64,000 nt of DNA from assembly GCA_003344405.1 (NCBI GenBank), contig NOWV01000001.1:744001-808000 (forward strand), given 5' to 3'. The position numbers and the translations under genes are program-made. The notes below the pieces were generated by a model. The model saw only the letters and a program-made list of their open reading frames with translations, ran no database searches and was not told the DNA's origin. How positions within the stretch are numbered: position 1 is the stretch's first letter; every line of letters starts with the position of its first letter. Source of the stretch: Trichoplax sp. H2. Lineage: Eukaryota. Below are positions 23,976 through 36,355 of the stretch, piece by piece.

Positions 23976-26900
23976 ATGAATCGTTACCAAAGTATAAAAC
24001 AATTAGGCGATGGTACTTATGGCTCAGTAGTATTGGCCAGAAATTACGATACAGGAGAAACTGTTGCTATTAAGAAGTAAGTCATTATTACATTAGTTAT
24101 TATTACTTTATAGCTTATTAAATTAGAATTTTACACTTTTGTAACGATGATAAGGTAGGTAAGTCATCTGTCCCGAATTATTGATCATATTATTTTTGTA
24201 ATTCATGGAGGCAAGAAAACTTTAAATCGGTCGAAATGTTCATGTTCAATTCTATCTATTTCTCATAAACTTCTTTGATTATTGATAGAATGAAGAGAAA
24301 ATATTACTCTTGGGAAGAATGTATGAACTTGAGAGAAGTCAAGGTAGAATAGCTTAGCAAATAAATCCTTGTATAAATCGGTAGTGATTAATTCATGCTT
24401 TCCTATCTAACATTATAAAATTAAATGGATATAATAGTTATATTTAATAAATGATATTGTCTGAATTATACTAAAATAAAGCATAAACAACAGTTGGCTC
24501 TATAGTCAGACAACGCATATGTAATATCCCGTGAAATTGTATAGTAGTCAATAACGATAGTATAAGACATAACTTCTTCATGATTCTCTCACAAGTATAG
24601 CATATGTATTACTTGAAAAACTTATACAATTTCTTTCGCTCTTGTCTCAAATGATGTTGCTGGTTTATTTCAAATATAAAAAGCGCTACTAGATATAGTA
24701 GAATAAATTAACTACACAAACTAGGCTAGAGAATGCCAGTGTTTTAAAATAATCCGTAGCTTAAGATAGAATACTATCAAATATATTAAAATTATAGTAA
24801 ATCAACATGTTGATCTGTAATATCTTAATAGACAGATTTATTGAAAAATGGAGCGTAATTAATTCATTACATGAATTAGGATAGAATGCCTTTCGTTAAT
24901 CTCGATTTGACTAAATGCCTTGTTAAATAGGCTAAAATAACAGTAGGTTGCGAGGTTAGATTAGATAGATTGACAAACGGAGCAGAACAAATCGACTACA
25001 TACATCGTAAACTAGGAATAGTACATATTTAGTCATGCCTGCTTTTAAATAATACCTTTAAAATGAGCGATGATTTTAGTAAGTATTAGTCAATTATATG
25101 TAAATACAGATAGATTGAAATAAATAGGGCTAAATGCATTACACTTAATAGAATATTTGAATTGGTGACTGCTGTCTTAAATTTCGTTTCGCGTATAAAC
25201 AAATAATTTCTGGACAAGTAACGATATGCTTCATTAATTTATCACAACTATTTGTCATTAAGGTAAAATGAAAGAGTTAATATTGTTTATTTCAATCTCT
25301 GTTTCTCTGACAGTCATTACGGAAGCTCAATCATACTAATGTTGTACGCTTAAAAGAAGTTATACGAGAAAGTGATCATTTATATTTCGTTTTTGAGTAT
25401 ATGAAAGAAAATTTGTACCAACTTATGAAGAAAAGGTAAGCTTACACTTCATTTTATCATTTTAGATATTGGCTATTTAGATAGCAATCTTCTTTAACTG
25501 ACGATATAGGCGTATAACTTTAACCATAACTATTCATTGTTACCTTATCAGCATAATTCTACATGTACCTAATTTTTATCCATCAATAGAGATAAACTAT
25601 TTCCAGAACGCGTTATTCGTAACATTTCATATCAAATTTTGCAAGGTCTAGCCTTCATGCATAAACAAGGTATATTAGAAATTACTCCATTATTAAGCAA
25701 AAATTAATAGAATATACGATACTATTGACCGTTATTGACTTAAAAATTTCTCCACTATTTTTAATATCCTTTTTTCGATCGCGAGCCAATTAATCCTAGT
25801 TACATAATGTTCTTTACTTCCTTTTAATGTAGGATTCTTTCACCGTGACATGAAACCTGAAAATTTACTTTGTACTGGTTCAGAAATTATTAAAATTGCC
25901 GATTTCGGTTTAGCAAGGGAGACGCGATCGCGGCCACCTTACACTGATTACGTCTCGACTCGTTGGTACCGGGCTCCTGAAGTTCTTTTACATTCGACCA
26001 ACTATAGTTCTCCGATAGATATGTGGGCCCTCGGTTGTATTATGGCAGAAATGTATACATTACGTCCACTATATCCTGGTACCTCTGAAGTAGATGAAAT
26101 ATTTAAAATATGTACTGTACTGGGTACCCCATCGAAGGTAAATTTTACATATAGCTTGATGATTAACGTTGTTCACGCTTCATTTTTAGAATGTAACTAT
26201 TTACGACATATGTAATTAAAATAGTAAGCCTAATGACGTTAAAGCAAGATTAATAGAATAATTTAGAGTTAAAAAGTTTTCTTCGCGTTAATACTGTAAA
26301 CATAAATGTATTTCTTAATACGATATCGTAGGAGGACTGGCCAGAAGGGTATAAATTGGCTTCATCGATCAATTTTAAGTTTCCACAATTGGTAAATGGG
26401 AGCCGCTATCATTTCTAATATTTTCCTAATCACTATGATTTTAATAAAGAAATTAATTATTTCAAATTAAAAATGTTAATAGGTACAGACACCACTTAAA
26501 AATATCATTCCTAATGCAAGTCCTGAGGGTCTACATTTAATTCGAGAATTACTCAATTGGAATCCCGATAAACGGCCAACTGCTGGCCAGGTAATTCTAA
26601 TTTCAATTACTAATCATACATAAGAATGAAATATTTAACATATTAATCCTGTTATGAAAGTACCTCTTAATTTTTAATTTTATCATTATTTGAATTAAAT
26701 TTTAAATTAAATATTATATTCGCATTCATGTTTAGGCCTTAAGATTTCCATATTTTCAAGTTGGTATTGACATTCAAAAGTTGCAGCAACCTCAGCAGCA
26801 AAAGTTTCAGCAGCTAGATACATTCGCGGAAGATGATAAAAAGCTTACAAAAACTGAGACAGAAGCATTTCCTAAAGATCCCCCTCCAAAGGTTGAACCT

Positions 26901-28012
26901 AAACCTATGCAGCAAGTTAAAAATACCACCAATAAATCAAAAGACAAGTTATTAGATACAATCGATTTCGACTCATACCTAGATGGGAAAAAGCCAACAG
27001 ATACAAAAACTAATAATAATTCTAAAAAGAAAGCAGAGGATCTAATGGATACTCTAGAATTTGATGCAGTTCTAGACGAATTAGACGATTTCGACGATAA
27101 AAAACGCAAGAAAGTAAGTGATATAGTCAATCAATAACGAAGAGATTTAAATATAAGTGTAGACATAATAATATGCTCTGAAAAGTGAATATCTAAAGCA
27201 GATTATATTTTAAATCATTATTAGGTTGCACCTCGAAGACAACATAGTAACAAAAAACTGCCAGATTGGCGAGAAAAGTAATATGATAGCAATAATATTT
27301 AAATTGCTTTTGTAACTGATATGGATAATTTCCCAGATTTCTAACCTCTGATATTTCATTTATTTAGTACCAATATAGCTAACCGAGAATACTCACCTAA
27401 AATCAACGGAATATCGGCATCGCCGGATATCATGGACACAATTCCAACATCTCCTGCTCAACGATATCTCCAAAATTCTCGTTATTACCCGAAAAAAACT
27501 GGAAGCTCTCATAAAAAAAGTAGTGATTTCGCTACAGAGATTAAAAGCCATCATAAACCGACAGGTAAAAAATTAATTTTCAATTTAGATCATCTACAGA
27601 TAAATTAATTACTTTGAGTGACTTTAACATTTTATATAATACAATTTTCTTCGACATCTTTATTTAGATTATAACAGAAAACGTGGTGGACCAGACCTAG
27701 ATGAATTCGGTGATGATTCTAATAATTACATACCTTCCTTTGGCGCTAGTAAAAATAATAGTAATAAAGGCAGCTATGCTGGGTGGAAAGCATCTTATAA
27801 TAATAATACATCACAATTCATGCCTGGTTTACAAAATAATACTGTTAAGGCTGCACAAAAGGTCAATCCTATTGCTAGAACGGATTGGTCTTCAAAGTAA
27901 GTTCAACATAATTTTTTAAGGATTTTGGCTATAAAAAATAGTTAGAAGGATAATTATAACATTTTACCTTTATCTAATTTATAGGTACGGCGGTAGTAAT
28001 CGCAAATTTTAA
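23976..28012 (+). CDS. MAK: MAK/CILK1(ICK)-like RCK-family Ser/Thr kinase, ~571 aa, 12 coding exons
   Basis: Exons 23976-24076, 24289-24343, 25314-25435, 25590-25669, 25833-26137, 26332-26391, 26483-26590, 26736-27113, 27225-27277, 27368-27564, 27668-27896, 27985-28012 (1716 nt). [46 protein letters not shown] (TDY loop), and tail motifs [24 protein letters not shown]. Confidence 0.95.
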
Positions 28013-29779
28013 ATTTTCTACTCCAACCACCGAAATAATGTACAGTTTTTTTATATCTACTGTATTATACTTTGATTTTGTATATAGAGTATAAGTATAT
28101 GCTGTATGTATATAGACCCCATAAATATATAAATTTATGGGTATAAGAGTATATACGCTTCTATTATTGCGAAGGAATATATTTCACCTTCCAATAGTAA
28201 ACCGGTGCATCTAGCTCTATAGTAACTTGAACTTTAAATTACACTGAATATTTTGACGGTATTCTCACAGAGAAAGGATTTAAGTAGAAATACTTCCTAA
28301 ATACAATTAGCGTAAAGTTTTTCATCCGTACCATTAATTCGAAACTTTTAAGACTGAAATTGTAGCAAGAAATGATGTGAAAATATAGTAAAATTTTTGT
28401 ACAAATTCGAACACACTCTACTCTATGTATAAGGAGGATAAACAAAAACTTTTAATGATCACTACTACAATTCTATTTGGTATAAACTCATAGCAATTCG
28501 GACATGTGATTGAATGCTCTATATCTATTTATGATTTCTTCAATTCCATTAATAGCATCTGTGCATCCTATTCATCTTTCACCGTATAGCAATACTGAAA
28601 TATATTTCATTGGCAGCTAATGCAGATTTACAGATAGTATATAATATCCTTCCTTGATATAGCATATGGACTAGTAAACACTGACTCAATTTATTCTACG
28701 TTAAACAAAATCGATTCAAATGGTTAAGTATACAATTGTTTTGCAATGTAGCCCTTTTATGATTAATAAATCTGATGAAGTGTTAAGATTACTATTCTGA
28801 TCGTTTCATTCACTTATTGTGATTTATTTATTTATATTACTGCACTAAGTTCTAGATATACGCAGCAATACATGAATTTTAAGTGCGAATTGCTAAAGAC
28901 AAATTCGTCAAATTACTCGTATTAGTTGATTAACTTTCGAATCAGCTAACAAGACTGTAAATACTCCTGTATAAAGTATAGTTTGTTAGTCCTACTTAAA
29001 TTTGAAGCAGTTCTAGGTATCATTTTATGAATTAAGCCTTAAATTTTCAGGCAACTAGGGCACTATGTAGCGAACTAACTTAGATCATAGCCCATTATAT
29101 TATTGCTACAATAAGTATCATCTGTAAGATTATTAATTTAGGGAATTGTTAAAATTCTAAGATGGTTATGTTTACATCTAGTATCGTGATATTGGACCAT
29201 CTGCAATCAACAGTATTAGCACGTAAAGTTATATTTTGTTATAAGTATTCATAGATACTTATGAACGTATTATCGTGAATTCAGGGTTGAACTAAAAAAT
29301 ATGTCACAACAATATTTAATCGTCAGGGTTCAATATCCGGTTATTTTGAAAATGAGTTTATACGAAGTACTTTATCAGTCCAGTCGTACGAGTAATGCTG
29401 TAAGTACAGCATAGACAAAAATTAGACACTTTTGCATTGACATGAGCAGTTTCGATGAATTCAGATAAGAAGAACGTATATCCAAGATAACTCATTGATA
29501 GATTGACTTAATATTTAATCATACGAATAAGTGCGGCCCATGACTAAAAGAAAATTATCCTGTTAGCTAGACCGGAAACCGTTAAAAAATACTATAAGTG
29601 AACAGTTTATTTCTTAATAATAGCACAGATACTCCAATGTGAACATTTTTTAATCAATTTGAACGATATTTGAGAGAAAGAACTGAATTATTACAATATG
29701 CTTCAGGTATTCTTTTAGTACTGTATCATATATCATTAAATTAACAGAAAAAAGAACGTTTATAGTATTTCATTTAAGC

Positions 29780-32700
29780 TTAGTTGGATTTTATAGAACT
29801 GATATGATAAAATAGTTTCAATGCTGGTCCAAGTTTAAATTGTAGATGCTCAGTCATATCTTGCTGTGTCATTAACAAAAAGGATTCCCCATCAATTAAC
29901 TAGAAAAATAGACACGATAGCTCAACATTAAACAATACCTAATAAGAGCGTTAAAGGAAGTCAGTGATATTGAACTGGTAATAACCTCTCTTGCAAAGAT
30001 AGTTGCTTCTTCTCCGCAACCAATCGCAATAATATATTTCATAAGATCAGTAACACCCCAGTTCAGTACCTCTTCCATTCGAGGTAAATTTGTTATGGTA
30101 CCGCCCTATAAAAATGTATCCTACTTTTAGGAACTTAAGCCGTATGTCTTAGCAATGTAAATCGACTTACATTAACGTTAGTTGGCGACATTTCTGATTT
30201 ACTATAGCTTGTAATAGGATAATTCGCAGATCGTGGGACGCCTTCGGGATTGCTCTTAGCACAATTTTTTGTGATCACCGTTGATGGATAGGAGTGCAAT
30301 TCTGCAACACCGTTAGAGCCACGACCAGATAGTGCTTTAGGTTTTGGACCTGTTGAAAGTGATTTCATATCTGCCGAATTAACTTTATGATTTTGTGCTA
30401 ATTCTATAATATGATATATAAAAAGAGAACGCTAATGTCGTATCGCTTCGTCCTTATATAAAAGATATTACTGTTGAAATCTGTCTCATATGCTATTACT
30501 TTTATCACGTATTTCTAGCTTCGTGCTGTTCTGTTGTATGCTATTGGTTGACCATCTTCTATCAGTTATTGAATTTAATTTTTTCCTACATTGAATAGAA
30601 ATAAATTTTAATCGCTGCGATTTACGTCTAGTACCAAAATCTTACAGCTTGGTAAATACATCGCCTCAAGGTATAAATCGTCAATTGTCTTACGTCTTCG
30701 GAAATGTCAATGGATGATCAGTAGCTTTGCAATAGCCAGCCGGAAAGATTTCAGTAGAATCTACCATAACTGTAAAAATCTCGTCAGAGCCATCAAATCG
30801 AAAGTTTACAACATCTTCATCGGCACTAATTACTGTACAAACTCCAATAACAGCAGGATTTAGAGGATGAACTGCTTCGAATTTTTTTCCGGCTTCCATG
30901 CGTCTACGGCGTTGCTAGAATACAGGATAACTGAAAATTAAAATTTCGCAATCTATATACACTCCAATTACTTACTAAATATATTACCGGTTTGAATATG
31001 TCAGCTGTCGAAATGTGGGCATTATTACACTTCGATAAGTACCTCTTCCAATTAAAAGGCTGTTGATATCCTATAATGTCAAGAATATTCTAAATATCAG
31101 GTGTATAGTGACCTTTATTATAGCGTATAAATGCAAGTATTAGGTTACACTACTAAAGCAATAACTGACTAAAATTATATATTACCATTTGGCGGTATCA
31201 GTGTCTTGCGATTTTCTTCACACCAACCAATATGATGGATATAAGGACAAGTTTCATCGCACCAGTAATCGAAAGATTCACCCCATCCATCAAAATGTAC
31301 TAAAAATCGATCACCACGTAATGCCGATATCGTAGAAACGCAAATTAATTCTGGGTTTTGGCGATCCACAGCTTCCAGTTTAGTACCAATACGAAACGAA
31401 TGTCTGGCTGGTTTTACCTTTTTATATTACAAAATTAATCATTACCAAAATATTAATAATATCTGTATACTCTTAAAATAAAAATAGCGATACAGCATTA
31501 GTTTAATAGATAATTACCAATTTAAATAAATGATCTAAAGCGGGTTTAGCATGTTGTGCCTTAAGGTAAGTTTCCCAATTAAATCTCTCATCAGGAATAT
31601 CTAGGGATAGTTATATAAAAATAAGTTTGATAATATATGCTGAACTAAAAATCCAAAAATGATGAGTATTCTAGGTCGACAGAGTAGACATACGTGGGGG
31701 TGGATTTAGAGGATATTTATTCCTTGAACACCAACCAACTGGATGTATGTCTGGTGAATCCATACTAACCCAAAAATCAAAATCATCTGGCCAACCATCC
31801 GGGTGCAGTAACATCCTGTAGCCTTGAATTTTGATGATTGTTGCGACAATGATAATATCGGGTTGTCTGATACTAACTGCTTCTAATTTCATACCTATTT
31901 CAAATGCACGCTTCGATAAGGGTGGTAAAGCATTAACAAAGCACTCTGCAGGAACGATATCAGATTTTGTTTCAGCTAAATAATTCGGCCAATCGAAATG
32001 ACGATTTTCCAGTTTGTCTAAAAGGTAGTCATAAATACTATTAATGCTTTTTTCTATGTATTTACAATAAAACATCAACAATCAGAAATTAATTACTGAT
32101 AGAATTTGCCAATAGATCGTTTTTTATCAAATATGACAAACCTGCCGGTGCAAGACTTTTTACTTTCATCTGAGACTTTGGGCTCTGTATAATCAAGTAG
32201 AAATATTTATTGTTTTAAACTCTATGATCAGCCATATTTTCTCTGATTTGTCTAAATTAAATAGCCACACCAACTTTTATCAATAGTTTGTTTAATTCAT
32301 TCTAATACGATATTAAATAAGTGTATAACTATTTTTATCAATCTATATACTTTTTTCAGCACTACTTGTCGATTTTGCAGCCTAGTTGATATTGCACCAT
32401 TGGAAGGTGGTCGTTCCTCATCTTTTGCACTATTATTATGCCAATCAGGTAAATCATCACGTTTAAGTTCAGAATGAACTTTCTTTGCCTTTGACGGGTT
32501 TTGATCCTTCAACAAATACTTGCGCTTTCCAGCGTACATACCGGCACACTGCCGACTACAGAATCGACCAGACGCAGTAAAATTGCTAGATACACCATAT
32601 TTGCCGCAATTGATACAACAAAGGATACCAGAATCGCTTTGATTGTGTGCACTCTTGGAACTATTTTTGTTATCCCTAATTTCATCTACAAAAATAGTTT

Positions 32701-33174
32701 ATTAATTCAATAAATAAGAAAGGGATGTGATAAAAATTTCAGTTTTCAACGTCACTAAATGCATCTATAAGATTACTGATTTCTATTTACATTGATATCG
32801 ATCTAATAATGTTTTACTTATCCAATAGTGAAAATTTGATAATATTTGGTTTGTCTACCTTGAAAAGATTTTTTATTATCAAGATTTTTGGAATCGGCAG
32901 TAGTACTCCACACAAATCTTCTTCCATCGTCAGTTTCAACAGTACTCACAATTTTAATACCATCAGCAGTACGTTGGAAATATAGATTGGATCCAGAAAC
33001 CTTTGCAAAGCCGTTTTCATCCCATTCTAATGCGTTAAAACTTGCTACTGAATTTAATGAGAATTTTTGTGAAGTTCTAGTAGAGGATTGATTATTCTTA
33101 ATGGTATTGAAAACTCCAGAAGCTTCTTTCATAGTGCCATTACCATAGTTGGTATTAGATAAATTGGACATCAT
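29780..33174 (-). CDS. L3MBTL: Lethal(3)malignant brain tumor-like protein (L3MBTL1/3/4 family): FCS zinc finger, 3 MBT repeats, C-terminal SAM; ~731 aa, 12 coding exons
   Basis: Exons on minus: 33174-32859, 32685-32351, 32184-32142, 32017-31694, 31600-31518, 31417-31186, 31070-30988, 30914-30694, 30585-30500, 30403-30171, 30105-29986, 29899-29780 (2196 nt; linker exon ends less certain). CINCG...RFCSRQC (FCS); GMKLEAV, GTKLEAVD...HFDGW...DYW, GKKFEAV (MBT); IDGESFLLMTQ...KLGPALK (SAM). Confidence 0.93.
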
Positions 33175-36100
33175 GATATGCTAAAAAAATTAAAATAAAA
33201 ACTATATTTAACTGTGATAAACTGTTAGCCAATTTTCCAAGGTAGAAATACTTTTACGCGTATTGCATTTATCGACACAGCGCCATTTTAGATTAACACT
33301 TAACCGTCACCCAGTATTATCCATTATCATTACAATTATTTATGGGGTACGTTATATAACGAAATAAAGCACAAAGTACAGCATATCATCGGTAAAAAAT
33401 TTCGTTGTATTAACAATGGTGGATATCTAAAATGGAGACACTTAATAACGAATGTAATAAAGGGCATATATTAGCCTATATATTCAAATCTAACGTTTAG
33501 ATGAGTTTTATTGGGAATAAGAAAGTTTGCCATTACATATTTCTGGCTTTCGATTTAGCAGAAACTCTAAAATTTTAAAGAGAAAGTATATAGGTAGTAT
33601 TGCCTATCATAAAGCTTTATAGGAATGTTATAATCCCCTCATTTAATTACCGTAAGAGGATCGAGTACAGTAATATGAAAAGTAGATGGATAATACAATA
33701 GAAAGTACAAAAACAATTAGCAAGTTTACTAATAGGAAGATCACATCTGAGCACCTCATCTCATTAGTATTATACTAGAAAGATTTGATTGCAGTTACTA
33801 AAATTTATTTTTTAATTTAAACATTAATCTAAAGCAGCCAAGTTTACAGTCAATCAATATACTGTACAGCATTTAAGATCCTATTAATTCAAAAGGGCCC
33901 ATAACGGTGATTAAAACTGAAATGAGAATATTTAATTATAGATTATAATAATTATATACGTCAGTCGTTCTCATAAACAATTAGTTGGCGGGTTACGTGA
34001 AAAAATTATCTGAAATAAAATAATAATCTTTACAGGCTGAAAAGTCGTAATTATCTTATCAGTATCACAGTCAAAGTAATTCCTTTAGTAGAAATCGACA
34101 TTTTAATACGAGCACCCGTATTACTGTAGCTTAATTTGTAAATAAGGTAAAAGGGAATTAAATGAAAGACTAACCATACCCAAGAATCATTTACAAACGA
34201 CTATATGAAATAAAAAATTGTTACTACTTGTCTTTTGCTATGATTTACTTGTAATGACGTGATGCTAAAAAATTATATATTCCCCATGACTTCAAATCTA
34301 GCCGGTATTAAGAAAAAATCACAGAATCGGCCATCAGTCTACCAGTAGTTAAAATAAAATTACTGGTGAATTATTCCTTGGGACTACGGGGAATACGTAA
34401 TAAGGGATTAACAGTTACAGCTAGATAAAAACTCATAATTTAGTATCGTGAACATATCAAGTCATAAAGTTGATGTTAACACCGTGCTGCCTAAAACAAT
34501 CATCATTTCTCGCGTCCATTAGACATTGCTGAGCAAGCATAATCGCTACAGATAATAATAATTGTCGACCATTACTCCACGCTGGCGTTGCAGGAATACA
34601 TTGTAAAAAATGTAGACGTTACGACAACTAAAACTAATAGAATTTATGTATCAAAAAAAGTAAAAAAAGAACCGGTCGACAATTAAAAGAAAGCTTGGAA
34701 ATCGTACCACCATAAAAAAACCACAAAATGGATAAATTAATCTACCTATAAGGCTTGAATTGCCTTAACGATTTTGACATATCTTGTCTTATATTATCGT
34801 CGTTTTTTCGAAGTATAATTTCCAATATGATTGCTTTTCCTTTTAATATTTTTTACCTATTACTTTATTAACATCTCTATAACACAGTGGCAACATCCTA
34901 CCTTTACCTATTGGACGTAAACTATAGAACATATCGACGATCATCAAGGGCGAAATATGACTTTAGACCACATCGACGTATACGCATATTATTCCATTAA
35001 TAGAAAGAGGGGCATACAGTACCAAATAACAAAGGCTTAGAATGGTTGTATCAATAACATCGTATGGTCTTATATAGCCGAGTGGGTAGCAATGTAGTAT
35101 AGAAGTAGACTGGATAATTCAATTTCATTTAATTACCGAATATAGAAATTACATATCTACTTACTGAGCACTGGCAAACTAGATAGTCTACAAATATCGC
35201 CTACATAGCAATTACCATGACAGGGCTGCATCACATGCCTATAATACTAAATATCATTATTCGATTGAAACATATATAGTACATAGTGTTTGGATTAATC
35301 GCCTTACGTACGTTGTATTTATTGCTATAAACTTTTCTCTATAACGACAGGGTGAAACCATACTTCTAATTATATCCATATATTCAATTTACTGTATTAT
35401 TTCAGTTTCAATAAGTTTATACTGTATATAGCTATCTCTTTCAATGAAAGTTGATGTAGGCAAAAAATGAATATTTGCAATATACCCGTATCTTACCCGT
35501 CTTGATAACCTTATGCTAGTCTATTTTTTACGACCCTATATCAAATTTTGTGATGATGACACTATAGTACATCAACGGCTATAAATTATAATTATAGTCA
35601 AAATGATTATTCCAGGCTCGAATTCTATAATATTATTGAAAAATGTTTAACATCGGAATTAGATGTTATCATTTTAAACTAGTTTATCGACAGAAAAAAA
35701 TGAGGAATTAAGCATAAACATTATTGCTACCATCATAAGCATTTTACAGCTTATACAATCGTTGATGTTTAAAAAGATCTTTTCATTTAATCATTCTATA
35801 TGAATTTACAGTCAAACTTGGTATCTTTTATTTTCGGTTTGTAAAAATAGTTAATAACCAGGTAATTGACGGCAGTGAGATATTTTCAATGCCTCCAAGC
35901 TGTTGTAGAGTAACGTTTCAAGATTACCATTTGATGCGCAAGGGCTCCACTAGAAGATATTGGTATCCACAGTATATATATACAGTATACCATTTACAAA
36001 AACGATACCATAACTACTGCAGTAATTTAATATTCTCGACACTCATTTTACGTATTCCCTATAGAAAAAGGTTATTAATAATGATTTCAAACATACCACG

Positions 36101-36336
36101 ACTATCCTCAGCACGATACTTTTGCAAGTTATGCAAAACTACTTAATAGATTGTTTGGGAATAACAATCGCATTATCACCCTCAAGTATTAACTTTTCAT
36201 TTCACCTTCAATTTATACAAATAATACAAAAAAATTTATTTGTTAAATATGGAATATCGATTTTCCAATTAATAATGAAAGTCCGTCAGCAGTGCAATTT
36301 TAGTTATTACGTATGATTTATTTCTACATGGTGTAG

Positions 36337-36355
36337 ATATATATATATATATATA
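36337..36355. repeat. (AT)n microsatellite
   Basis: Uninterrupted run of about nine AT dinucleotides. Confidence 0.8.

Noticed and set aside
26807..27130. 107-aa minus-strand ORF
   Set aside because: Antisense shadow of MAK-like exon 8.
28118..28141. Short hairpin CCCATAAAT/ATTTATGGG in the MAK-like 3' region
   Set aside because: A 9-bp AT-rich stem is within chance expectation; no known element recognised.
32501..33091. Plus-strand ORFs 32501-32713 and 32888-33091
   Set aside because: Antisense shadows of L3MBTL exons.
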